A stretch of 24,000 nt of DNA, taken from contig NZ_FODB01000019.1 of the NCBI RefSeq assembly GCF_900110265.1, positions 5,079-29,078 on the forward strand, written 5' to 3'. The position numbers were made by a program, and so were the translations under genes. Positions 8,710 through 16,960 of the stretch are shown here, one piece after another. Each line of letters starts with the position of its first letter. Position 1 is the first letter of the stretch. The notes beneath the pieces were generated by a model. It saw only the letters and a list, made by a program, of their open reading frames with translations, did no database searches and was not told the origin of the DNA. This DNA comes from Vreelandella aquamarina. Lineage in GTDB: Bacteria > Pseudomonadota > Gammaproteobacteria > Pseudomonadales > Halomonadaceae.

Positions 8710-8740
8710 GCCCTTGCAGGCAACCCTGCAAGGGCTTTTT
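8710..8740 (+). terminator. Rho-independent terminator downstream of the orphan paaK fragment. It is probably the ancestral paaK terminator and now ends the paaK-pac transcript.
   Basis: GCCCTTGCAGG (8710-8720) and CCTGCAAGGGC (8725-8735) form a perfect 11-bp stem with the loop CAAC. The stem is followed by TTTTT (8736-8740). Confidence 0.8.
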
Positions 8741-8858
8741 CATTCCCAAACAGCCAGCTTTGATGAAAAAAGATAGAACATTAAGAATCACTTAAATTCA
8801 GTCATTTTTCCTTTTTAAACCAACCACATTGGCTTTATCCGTAATCACAAAGTCTTAA

Positions 8859-8927
8859 AGTGACACATAAAAATACTTATTGATAAAATATTTTGTGTCA
8901 CTATACTTTAAACAAGATAAGTCACAC
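8859..8927. promoter_or_regulatory. Three copies of an AGTGACAC-like motif around the candidate paaA promoter. Two form a 9-bp inverted repeat, and the set is a candidate operator.
   Basis: AGTGACACA (8859-8867) and TGTGTCACT (8894-8902) are exact reverse complements with similar flanks (AAAGTGACACATAAAA versus the reverse complement ATAGTGACACAAAA). The right arm overlaps the spacer and -10 element. A third copy, AGTCACAC (8920-8927), has 1 mismatch. Confidence 0.4.
8880..8907 (+). promoter_or_regulatory. Candidate sigma70-type promoter for paaABCDE: TTGATA, a 16-nt spacer, then TATACT
   Basis: TTGATA lies at 8880-8885 and TATACT at 8902-8907, in an AT-rich segment about 50 nt upstream of the paaA ATG (8959). 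This was identified by eye only. Confidence 0.4.
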
Positions 8928-8958
8928 TCCCTGATAGTCCGACGCCGCGGAGGTCTCT

Positions 8959-9945
8959 ATGTACGCGCAGCTCGTTGAAACCGGTACTAGCAAACTTAAG
9001 TCACTTGACGAGATGGGCCCTGAGGAACGCCAGTTCCAAGAGCGCATCAATGATGAAATTAAGATAGAACCCAAAAATTGGATGCCGGACGCCTATCGCA
9101 AGACATTGGTCCGTCAGATCTCTCAACACGCTCACTCAGAGATCGTCGGTATGCTTCCGGAAGGCAACTGGCTGACGCGTGCGCCGACCCTTAAGCGCAA
9201 GCTGCAGCTGATGGCCAAAATTCAGGATGAGGCGGGTCACGGCCTGTACCTCTATAGCGCCATGGAAACCCTCGGTGCCGACCGCGACGAAGAGATCGAC
9301 AAGCTTCACGACGGCCGCGCTAAGTACTCCAGCATCTTCAACTACCCGACGCTTAACTGGGCAGACATGGGCACCATCGGTTGGCTGGTCGACGGCGCAG
9401 CCATCGTCAATCAGGTGCCGCTACAGCGCACTTCTTACGGCCCCTATGCGCGCGCGATGATTCGCGTATGTAAAGAAGAAAGCTTCCACCAGCGCCAGGG
9501 TTATCAGATTCTGCTGACCATGATGCAAGAAGGCACTGACGACCAGAAAGCCATGGTTCAGGACTCTATTAACCGTTTCTGGTGGCCATCGCTAATGATG
9601 TTCGGCCCGTCCGACGAAAACTCGCCTAACAGTGCCCAATCAATGGTTTGGAAGATCAAGCGTCACAGCAACGATGAGCTACGCCAGCGCTTCCTCGACC
9701 AAACCGTACCGCAGCTAGAGCTGCTGGGCTGCACTGCGCCTGACCCGGATCTCAAATATAACCAAGAGACCGGTCACTACGAGTTCGGTGAAATCGACTG
9801 GCAGGAATTCTTCGACGTGGTTAAAGGCAACGGCCCTTGCAACCGCGAACGTATCGAAGCACGCCGTAGCGCCATTGATAACGGTGCCTGGGTACGTGAA
9901 GCCGCCGTGGCTTATGCCGCCAAGCGTCAACGCAAAGCCGCCTGA
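8959..9945 (+). CDS. paaA: 1,2-phenylacetyl-CoA epoxidase catalytic subunit PaaA
   Basis: The 328-aa protein has long near-identical stretches to E. coli PaaA, including [75 protein letters not shown] and [11 protein letters not shown]. The RBS is GGAGG at 8949-8953. Confidence 0.95.
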   Translation: MYAQLVETGTSKLKSLDEMGPEERQFQERINDEIKIEPKNWMPDAYRKTLVRQISQHAHSEIVGMLPEGNWLTRAPTLKRKLQLMAKIQDEAGHGLYLYSAMETLGADRDEEIDKLHDGRAKYSSIFNYPTLNWADMGTIGWLVDGAAIVNQVPLQRTSYGPYARAMIRVCKEESFHQRQGYQILLTMMQEGTDDQKAMVQDSINRFWWPSLMMFGPSDENSPNSAQSMVWKIKRHSNDELRQRFLDQTVPQLELLGCTAPDPDLKYNQETGHYEFGEIDWQEFFDVVKGNGPCNRERIEARRSAIDNGAWVREAAVAYAAKRQRKAA

Positions 9946-10034
9946 TATCTCGAAACTAATACCTCGAAACTGATTTCTTAAAACAATAGGGAGCCCCACG
10001 GCACGGGGTTCCTCTGACCACTGAGGCTTCTCTC

Positions 10035-10316
10035 ATGGCTGACTGGCCCCTCTTCGAAGTTTTTATACGCAGCAAGCACGGTCTTAACCACAAGCACGTT
10101 GGCAGCGTACATGCCGCCGACCGCAGCATGGCAATCGAAAACGCCCGCGAGCTCTACACCCGTCGTAATGAAGGGGTGAGCATCTGGATTATTCCGGCTA
10201 GCGAAATCACCGCCTCTTCCCCTGATGAGAAAGAGCCGCTGTTCGACCCGTCTAACGACAAGGTCTATCGCCACGCATCCTTCTACAAACTGCCGAAAGA
10301 AGTCGGCCACATGTGA
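10035..10316 (+). CDS. paaB: 1,2-phenylacetyl-CoA epoxidase subunit PaaB
   Basis: The 93-aa protein contains WPLFEVFIRSKHGLNHKHVGSVHAAD...KVYRH.SFY, which parallels E. coli PaaB. Confidence 0.95.
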   Translation: MADWPLFEVFIRSKHGLNHKHVGSVHAADRSMAIENARELYTRRNEGVSIWIIPASEITASSPDEKEPLFDPSNDKVYRHASFYKLPKEVGHM

Positions 10317-10330
10317 GGAGGGAGGCTGTA

Positions 10331-11170
10331 ATGCAAAACGTGGCTAAGCAGAACACAACTCAGAAAAACATGGCTCATCAAAACATCGCTCAAAAAACAC
10401 AAACACCGTTGATCGATTACCTGCTGCGTCTTGGTGACAGCGCCTTGGTACTAGGTCAGCGCCACGCGCAGCTGTGCGGCAAGGCCCCTGCGTTGGAAGA
10501 AGAAATGGCGCTAATGAATGTGGGTCTCGACCTTTTCGGTCAGGCACGCAACTGGCTAGGCTATGCTGCTGAACTGATGGCTGCTGAACTGATGACTGGC
10601 AAGATCGATGCCGACCATCTGGCCTTTCGCCGCGACGCTCAGGACTTTCGCAACCTGTTGATCGTCGAGCAGCCCAACGGTGACTTCGCCGACATCATGG
10701 GACGCCAGTTCCTGTTCGATGCATGGCACGTGCACCTGCTTGATGGGCTGGCCCAGTCCAGCGACCCTCGCATTGCTGAAGTGGCTGCCAAGTCACTTAA
10801 GGAAGCGACGTACCACCTACGCCGCTCCTCCGAATGGGTGATTCGCCTGGGCGATGGCACCGAAGAGAGCCACACCCGCATGCAGCGCGCCCTAGACAAC
10901 CTCTGGCAGTTCACCGGCGAGCTGGTGCAGTTCGACGAGATTGATCAGGCCATGCTAGAAGCCGGTATCGCGCCTGCCCCGGAAACCCTGGTCACCCGCT
11001 GGAAAGCAACCGTGGAAGAGGTGCTTGAGGAAGCCACGCTGGAGCGTCCTTCCTACGACGCTTGGATGTATACCGGCGGCAAAGTCGGCCATCACACCGA
11101 GCACCTGGGCTTTCTATTGGCGGAAATGCAATACCTGCCGAGGACGTATCCTGATGCGACCGTCTGGTAA
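10331..11170 (+). CDS. paaC: 1,2-phenylacetyl-CoA epoxidase subunit PaaC, with an unusual N-terminal repeat extension
   Basis: The ORF track begins at a GTG at 10313. The ATG at 10331 is preceded by GAGGAGGGAGG at 10315-10325. From LIDYLLRLGDSALVLGQR onward the protein is collinear with E. coli PaaC, including LVEQPNGDFAD, DAWHV, KEATYHLRRS and HTEHLG..LAEMQYL. The start codon is less certain than the gene identity. Confidence 0.85.
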   Translation: MQNVAKQNTTQKNMAHQNIAQKTQTPLIDYLLRLGDSALVLGQRHAQLCGKAPALEEEMALMNVGLDLFGQARNWLGYAAELMAAELMTGKIDADHLAFRRDAQDFRNLLIVEQPNGDFADIMGRQFLFDAWHVHLLDGLAQSSDPRIAEVAAKSLKEATYHLRRSSEWVIRLGDGTEESHTRMQRALDNLWQFTGELVQFDEIDQAMLEAGIAPAPETLVTRWKATVEEVLEEATLERPSYDAWMYTGGKVGHHTEHLGFLLAEMQYLPRTYPDATVW

Positions 11171-11753
11171 CCCACCGTCGACACCTATCGGTGACGGGCC
11201 TATTGATGACTGGCCCTCCAGAGACCTGATCGGCAGCGACCGCAGCGGGCTGCCGCCAGCCGGTGAAAAAGGCGATGTCGACGCCGTGCTGGCCGTTTTA
11301 CAGGAAGTGCCAGACCCGGAAGTTCCGGTGGTCAGCGTGGTTGAGCTGGGCATTGTGCGCGATATTGATTGGGTGGACGGTCGGTTGGCGGTCAACGTGA
11401 CGCCAACTTACTCCGGCTGCCCGGCTACGGAAGTCATCGAACAGCATATCCATGAAGCGCTAGTGGCCGCTGGCTACTCAGACCCGCTAATTCAACGCCG
11501 CCTATCACCCGCCTGGACGACCGACTGGCTGACCGACGCCGGGCGCGAAAAATTGCGCGCCTATGGCATCGCACCACCGGTGGGAAGTGCCAGCAAACGT
11601 AGCCTGACGGGCCAGTCTGACCCGGTAGTGCCCTGCCCTTTATGTGGCAGCAACGCGACCGAACGCGTCAGCGAATTCGGCTCTACGGCTTGCAAGGCGC
11701 TCTACCGCTGCCGCGATTGCCTGGAGCCTTTCGATTATTTCAAGTGTCTGTAA
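11154..11753 (+). CDS. paaD: Phenylacetate-CoA oxygenase subunit PaaD
   Basis: The ORF track gives 11025..11753. The first ATG beyond the paaC coding frame is at 11154 and overlaps the paaC end by 17 nt. The conserved PaaD core is present: VPDPEVPVVSVVELGIVR, TPTYSGCPATE, PAWTTDWLT, and the C-terminal SEFGSTACKALYRCRDCLEPFDYFKCL. This start implies an N-terminus about 35 aa longer than in E. coli PaaD, so the start is uncertain. Confidence 0.8.
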   Translation: MRPSGNPPSTPIGDGPIDDWPSRDLIGSDRSGLPPAGEKGDVDAVLAVLQEVPDPEVPVVSVVELGIVRDIDWVDGRLAVNVTPTYSGCPATEVIEQHIHEALVAAGYSDPLIQRRLSPAWTTDWLTDAGREKLRAYGIAPPVGSASKRSLTGQSDPVVPCPLCGSNATERVSEFGSTACKALYRCRDCLEPFDYFKCL

Positions 11754-11772
11754 AACGACGAGACCATTTCCC

Positions 11773-12855
11773 ATGAGCCGATTTCACGCCTTGACCGTCA
11801 AAGATGTGCGCAAGGAAACCCATGATGCCGTTTCCATTGCTTTCGACATTCCCGACGACCTGCAGGACGCCTTTCGCTTCACCCAAGGGCAGTACCTAAC
11901 GCTGCGCCACGATATCGACGGCGAAGATGTCCGCCGCTCTTATTCCATTTGCACCGGCGTTCACGAGCATGAGCTGAGAGTTGCGGTTAAATTGGTGCCA
12001 GATGGCAGCTTTTCCACCTTTGCCAACCAGCAATTGCAGCCCGGTGATCGCCTGGAAGTGATGCCGCCTCAGGGCAAGTTCTTCGTGCCTCTCGACCCTA
12101 GCCGTGAAGGGCACTATCTGGCGGTGACCGCTGGCAGCGGCGTTACCCCCATCATGTCGATTGTTTCCACCACCCTGGAAAGCGAGCCGAAAAGTCGTTT
12201 TACCGTAATCTATGGCAACCGTTCCACCACGGGCACGCTGTTTCGCGAGCGGCTGCAGGATCTCAAGGATCGTTACCTCGAACGCCTCAACATCATTTAC
12301 GTGTTCAGCCGCGAACAACATGAAATCGATCTTTACAACGGCCGTATCGATGCCGATAAGTGCAACGCCCTGTTTGACCGTTGGGTAGACGTACCCAAGC
12401 TCGACGCTGCGTTTATCTGTGGCCCGCAAGAGATGACCGAGATCGTGCGCGATGTCCTGACCCAACACGGAATGCCAAAGGAAAAGGTGCACTTTGAGCT
12501 GTTCACTACTGGGCTACCGACAGCAGGCGCCAAGCGCCGCCAGGCAACCAGAGCCGGTCAGCTTGAAGCAGAAACTTCGCACATCAAAGTGATTATCGAC
12601 GGCCGCACCATCGAATATAACCTGCCCCGCAACACCCAGAATATTCTGGACGCGGGTAACGAGCATGGGGCCGATCTTCCGTTCTCATGCAAGGCCGGCG
12701 TGTGCTCCACCTGTAAATCAAAAGTGATCGAAGGCGAGGTGGAAATGGACGCCAATTACGCCCTGGAAGATTACGAAATAGATGCCGGCTACGTACTGTC
12801 CTGCCAGTGCTATCCGATCAGCGACAAGGTAGTGCTCGACTTTGACGAGGTGTAA
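11773..12855 (+). CDS. paaE: Phenylacetyl-CoA epoxidase reductase subunit PaaE (FNR-like domain plus a C-terminal plant-type 2Fe-2S ferredoxin domain)
   Basis: The in-frame ATG at 11773 gives MSRFHALTVKDVRKETHDAVSIAF, which parallels the E. coli PaaE N-terminus. The RRSYS flavin motif and the AGSGVTP NAD(P)H motif are present. The C-terminal cysteine cluster is CKAGVCSTCKSKV...LSCQ. The protein is 360 aa. Confidence 0.9.
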   Translation: MSRFHALTVKDVRKETHDAVSIAFDIPDDLQDAFRFTQGQYLTLRHDIDGEDVRRSYSICTGVHEHELRVAVKLVPDGSFSTFANQQLQPGDRLEVMPPQGKFFVPLDPSREGHYLAVTAGSGVTPIMSIVSTTLESEPKSRFTVIYGNRSTTGTLFRERLQDLKDRYLERLNIIYVFSREQHEIDLYNGRIDADKCNALFDRWVDVPKLDAAFICGPQEMTEIVRDVLTQHGMPKEKVHFELFTTGLPTAGAKRRQATRAGQLEAETSHIKVIIDGRTIEYNLPRNTQNILDAGNEHGADLPFSCKAGVCSTCKSKVIEGEVEMDANYALEDYEIDAGYVLSCQCYPISDKVVLDFDEV

Positions 12856-12875
12856 GCCCGTCACCATCTACCTCC

Positions 12876-12905
12876 AAAGCCGGCGATCGCGTCGGCTTTG
12901 TTTAT
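12876..12905 (+). terminator. Candidate rho-independent terminator or attenuator after paaE
   Basis: AAAGCCGGCG and CGTCGGCTTT form a stem with one G-U pair and the loop ATCG. The stem is followed by TTTGTTTAT. Confidence 0.5.
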
Positions 12906-12907
12906 CC

Positions 12908-12946
12908 TGATACCAACAATTGATACCAACAACTGATACCAAAAAG
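12908..12946 (+). repeat. Three tandem 13-bp repeats immediately upstream of paaZ: TGATACCAACAAT, TGATACCAACAAC and TGATACCAAAAAG
   Basis: The units are read directly at 12908-12920, 12921-12933 and 12934-12946. They end 20 nt before the paaZ ATG (12966) and just before its RBS, GGGAG at 12951-12955. Confidence 0.9.
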
Positions 12947-12965
12947 ACGGGCGGGAGAACACGCG

Positions 12966-15008
12966 ATGCCAGTTTTACAGAGTTACATTGCCGGTCAATG
13001 GTTTGGCAAAACCGAGTCCAAAGCGCTGATCAGCGCCATCAACGGCACCACCGTTGCGCATACCCACCAAGAAGAGATCAACTTTCGCGAAGCGGTGGCG
13101 TATGCCCGCAACACCGGCGTAAAAAACATTCTGGCGCTGGATTTTCAGCAGCGGGCCGCCATTCTTAAGGCGCTGGCAGCCTATATCCAAGAGCGTAAGC
13201 GTGAGCTTTATGCCATATCTCACCACACCGGCTGCACCAAGGCCGACTCCTGGATCGACATTGACGGCGGTTTCGGCACGCTGTTTACCTACGCCTCTAC
13301 GGGCCGCAAAGAACTGCCCTCCGGCAATGTGGCCCACGAAGGCCCGGTGACTCAATTAGGTAAAGAGAACCATTTCAACGGCACCCACATTCTGGTGCCT
13401 CGTCGCGGTGTCTCGGTGCATATTAATGCCTTCAACTTTCCTATCTGGGGCATGCTAGAGAAGTTCGCACCCGCTTTTCTGGCTGGCATGCCGTGTATCT
13501 TCAAGCCAGCCACCGCGACGAGCTACCTGACCGAAGCTGCGGTACGCGTGATCAACGATTCTGGCCTACTGCCGGAAGGTGCACTACAGCTGGTGGTCGG
13601 TGGGGCCGGTGACTTATTGGATCACCTAGAAGAGCAGGACTTTGTCACCTTTACCGGCTCGGCCAACACCGCCTTAATGCTAAAAAGCCACCCTAATATT
13701 ATGGCCAAGAGCATTCCTTTCAACGCCGAGGCGGACTCGCTCAACAGCGCGATCATGGCACCAGATATCAGCCCTGAAGATGAAGAGTTCGCGATCTTTG
13801 CCAAAGAAGTGGTCAAGGAAATGACCGCTAAAGCAGGCCAGAAATGTACGGCGATCCGTCGGGTACTCGTACCCGCTGAGCATCTGGTTACATTGGCAGG
13901 CATGATTAAAGAACGTCTCTCAAGCATCGTAGTGGGCGACCCCCATGAAGAGGGCGTGCGCATGGGTGCACTCTCTTCCAGCGACCAGCTGTGTGATGTG
14001 AACGAGGCTATCGAACAGTTGCTGGAAACCAGTGAGTGCGTTTTCGGCAGAGACGGCAACTTCAAGGCTGTCGGCCAGAGCGTGGAAAACGGCGCGTTTA
14101 TTTCTCCTCACCTACTGATCAACCGTAACCCGTTAAACGACGGCGGCGCACACGACATTGAAGCCTTTGGTCCGGTCGCGACGCTAATGCCCTATAACGG
14201 CATCGATGAGGCCTTAGCCATTGCCGCCAAGGGCAAGGGTAGTTTGGTAACCACGCTAACCACCAAAACCCCCGCCATTGCTGCCGAAATGATCCCCGTG
14301 CTAGCCGCCCAGCACGGCCGCCTGCACATTCTAGATGCTCAGGCATCAAAGGAGTCTACGGGTCACGGCTCTCCGCTACCGATGCTCAAGCATGGTGGGC
14401 CTGGCCGCGCAGGCGGTGGCGAGGAGCTCGGCGGCATTCGCGCGGTACACCACTATCTACAACGCACTGCTATCCAGGGTTCGCCCACGATGGTGGCGGC
14501 AGTCACCGGGGAGTATGTGCGTGGCGCGAAGGTGCTGGAAACTGACGTTCACCCGTTCCGCCGCCATTTCGATGACCTGCAGGTGGGCGAGTCACTGTTA
14601 ACCCACCGCCGCACCGTCACTGAAGCCGACATCGTCAACTTTGGCTGCCTCTCCGGCGACCACTTCTACATGCACTTCGACGATATTGCCGCCAAAGAGA
14701 CCCAGTTTGGCCAGCGCATTGCCCACGGCTACTTTGTACTGTCGGCAGCCGCTGGCTTGTTCGTTTACCCAGGCGAAGGACCGGTACTGGCAAACTACGG
14801 CCTGGATACGCTGCGCTTTATTACGCCGGTGCTGGTTGGCGACACCATCCGCGCCCGCCTCACCTGTAAGCGCAAGATTGATCAGGGCCGAGCGTCTCCT
14901 GACGGGCACCCGCAAGGCGTAGTGATGTGGGATGTGGCGGTGACCAATCAGAATGATGAGTTGGTTGCCAGTTACGACATTCTAACGTTGGTCGCGAAGC
15001 GTCAGTAA
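12966..15008 (+). CDS. paaZ: Bifunctional oxepin-CoA hydrolase / 3-oxo-5,6-dehydrosuberyl-CoA semialdehyde dehydrogenase PaaZ (N-terminal aldehyde dehydrogenase domain plus a C-terminal MaoC-like hydratase domain)
   Basis: The 680-aa protein is collinear with E. coli PaaZ. Shared blocks include [67 protein letters not shown]-like, VTFTGSANT and [12 protein letters not shown]. The C-terminal MaoC-type segment contains [14 protein letters not shown]. Confidence 0.9.
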   Translation: MPVLQSYIAGQWFGKTESKALISAINGTTVAHTHQEEINFREAVAYARNTGVKNILALDFQQRAAILKALAAYIQERKRELYAISHHTGCTKADSWIDIDGGFGTLFTYASTGRKELPSGNVAHEGPVTQLGKENHFNGTHILVPRRGVSVHINAFNFPIWGMLEKFAPAFLAGMPCIFKPATATSYLTEAAVRVINDSGLLPEGALQLVVGGAGDLLDHLEEQDFVTFTGSANTALMLKSHPNIMAKSIPFNAEADSLNSAIMAPDISPEDEEFAIFAKEVVKEMTAKAGQKCTAIRRVLVPAEHLVTLAGMIKERLSSIVVGDPHEEGVRMGALSSSDQLCDVNEAIEQLLETSECVFGRDGNFKAVGQSVENGAFISPHLLINRNPLNDGGAHDIEAFGPVATLMPYNGIDEALAIAAKGKGSLVTTLTTKTPAIAAEMIPVLAAQHGRLHILDAQASKESTGHGSPLPMLKHGGPGRAGGGEELGGIRAVHHYLQRTAIQGSPTMVAAVTGEYVRGAKVLETDVHPFRRHFDDLQVGESLLTHRRTVTEADIVNFGCLSGDHFYMHFDDIAAKETQFGQRIAHGYFVLSAAAGLFVYPGEGPVLANYGLDTLRFITPVLVGDTIRARLTCKRKIDQGRASPDGHPQGVVMWDVAVTNQNDELVASYDILTLVAKRQ

Positions 15009-15037
15009 CGTTTCAAACGATAGAGTAAAGCAAAAAA

Positions 15038-15069
15038 ACGGATGACAGGGCGCCAGCCCTGTCATCCGT
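15038..15069. terminator. Bidirectional rho-independent terminator between the convergent paaZ (+) and TRAP dctM (-) genes
   Basis: ACGGATGACAGGG (15038-15050) and CCCTGTCATCCGT (15057-15069) form a perfect 13-bp stem with the loop CGCCAG. An A-run (15032-15038) lies on the left and TTGTTG on the right. Confidence 0.75.
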
Positions 15070-15099
15070 TTGTTGCAAAAAGAAGAGAATAGTGCAGTT

Positions 15100-16395
15100 T
15101 TAATAGAGCAACTGCGGCAGGAAAAGAGCAATCGTTGGGAATATAAGCACTAGCAGTGCGCGTATGGTACCCGCAACCCAGAAGGGGGTTACTCCACGGA
15201 AGATGGTTCCTGTCGAGACGTCCGGTAATACTGCACGCAATACGAATACGTTCATACCGACAGGTGGCGTTATCAAACTGATCTCGATAACGATGACCAC
15301 CAAAATACCGAACCACACTAAATCGTAACCTAGCCCAGCGACTACAGGGAAAAATACTGGCACGGTAAGTAGTAGCATCGACATGCTTTCAAATACACAC
15401 CCCAGTACTACGTAGATAGCGATAATGACCAGAATGACCACAAAAGGAGCCACATTTAGGCCGTTCACTAGCGCCAGCAAATCCCCAGGCAAACCTGCTC
15501 GATTGATAAAATTAGCAAATATCAGCGCTGTTAGAACCACAGCAAATAGCATCGCCGTAGTACGCACCGTATCCATTAGCACATTCATCAAAACAGTAGG
15601 CGTTAATGCTCGGTGCAACAATGCGATCAGGAATGCGCCCATTGCGCCGATACCTGCTGCTTCTGTGGGCGTAAATACCCCCAGATAAATGCCACCAATG
15701 ACTAGTACAAACAGTGCCAACGTACTACCTACGTTTTTGAGTGCTTGAATGCGCTCTGACCATGGCACTTTCTCTGCGGCTGGGCCAGCACTCGGGTCGC
15801 GCCAGAGTACCCACTTGATGGCACCAATATAAAGAAAGATCCCAAGAATACCGGGGATAAAACCAGCCGCAAACAGCTCGCGGATACTAGTTTCGGTAAG
15901 GATTCCATAAATCACCAGCATGACGCTGGGAGGTATCAAGATACCTAAGGTGCCACCAGCAGCAATGGAGGCAGAAGCCAGCGAATCCTTATAGCCATAT
16001 TTGCGCATTTGCGGCATGGCGACACGGCCCATGGTGGCACATGTCGCTAAGCTTGATCCGCATATAGCGCTAAAACCACCGCAGGCGACGATCGTCGCCA
16101 TCGCCTGTCCACCTTTGCGATGACCTAGGAAGCCATTCGATGCCCGAAACAAAGCATCGGATAATCCCGCATGAGAAACAAAGTTGCCCATTAAAATGAA
16201 CAATGGAATAACGGATAGACCGTAGTCCATGGCGGTGTCTACTACCCGACGCGCCGCCATTGCTTCAGCAGCATTCCAGTTACCGGTCAATAGATAGAAC
16301 CCTGCAAAACCGACAATCCCCATCGCAAATGCCAAAGGCACACGCAGAAACACGAGTATCAACAGCACTGCGAAACCGTACAACGCTTCAGTCAT
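15100..16395 (-). CDS. TRAP transporter large permease subunit (DctM family)
   Basis: The 431-aa protein is highly hydrophobic and polytopic. Its N-terminus, MTEALYGFAVLLILVFLRVPLAFAMG, and length are typical of the DctM family. Its start overlaps the stop of the upstream small-permease gene by 8 nt. Confidence 0.9.
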   Translation of the reverse strand: MTEALYGFAVLLILVFLRVPLAFAMGIVGFAGFYLLTGNWNAAEAMAARRVVDTAMDYGLSVIPLFILMGNFVSHAGLSDALFRASNGFLGHRKGGQAMATIVACGGFSAICGSSLATCATMGRVAMPQMRKYGYKDSLASASIAAGGTLGILIPPSVMLVIYGILTETSIRELFAAGFIPGILGIFLYIGAIKWVLWRDPSAGPAAEKVPWSERIQALKNVGSTLALFVLVIGGIYLGVFTPTEAAGIGAMGAFLIALLHRALTPTVLMNVLMDTVRTTAMLFAVVLTALIFANFINRAGLPGDLLALVNGLNVAPFVVILVIIAIYVVLGCVFESMSMLLLTVPVFFPVVAGLGYDLVWFGILVVIVIEISLITPPVGMNVFVLRAVLPDVSTGTIFRGVTPFWVAGTIRALLVLIFPTIALFLPQLLY

Positions 16396-16930
16396 GAGGC
16401 TCTCCTTTGCTCAGTGGGCCGCCTTGTTCGATAACATTAAACCCCTCAAGCAAATAGAAAATGGCTCGTATGAGGGTCAGTAGTGCTGACAGCGCTAACA
16501 TTAAGGCGATCAACCCGATTAGATAGCCATACGGAATACGAAGAAATTCAGTAACGTCTCCCCATGAGAAAGCCCGTTCTGCCAACGCCCATACACGCTG
16601 CGCCATCACCCAAAGAGCAGCTGTTACGATCAAATTGACGATCACTTCACGTATCCAAATGAGCCTTGCTGGAAAAATAGCATCAAGCAGATCGACGCTG
16701 ACATGCTCTTGACGCCAACAAACAACAGGCAGAGATAGGAATACCAGCGCTGCCAACATTAATTGGGTTAACTCAACAGCACCAAGAATGGGGGAATTAA
16801 AAAAGTAGCGGCCGCTTACATCAGCAGTGGTCAACAGCATCATGCCAAAGAGGGTAGCGCCCGCCACCCCCTCTAACATCACCTGCAGGACCCGACTAAC
16901 GCGCGTAGCACGTGCCATTTGGGTTTGCAT
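16388..16930 (-). CDS. TRAP transporter small permease subunit (DctQ family)
   Basis: The 180-aa protein has about four hydrophobic segments. It sits between the DctP-like and DctM-like genes and is translationally coupled to dctM. Confidence 0.8.
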   Translation of the reverse strand: MQTQMARATRVSRVLQVMLEGVAGATLFGMMLLTTADVSGRYFFNSPILGAVELTQLMLAALVFLSLPVVCWRQEHVSVDLLDAIFPARLIWIREVIVNLIVTAALWVMAQRVWALAERAFSWGDVTEFLRIPYGYLIGLIALMLALSALLTLIRAIFYLLEGFNVIEQGGPLSKGEPHD

Positions 16931-16960
16931 GGTCGCTCTCCATCTAGCGCTAGTAAGAAC

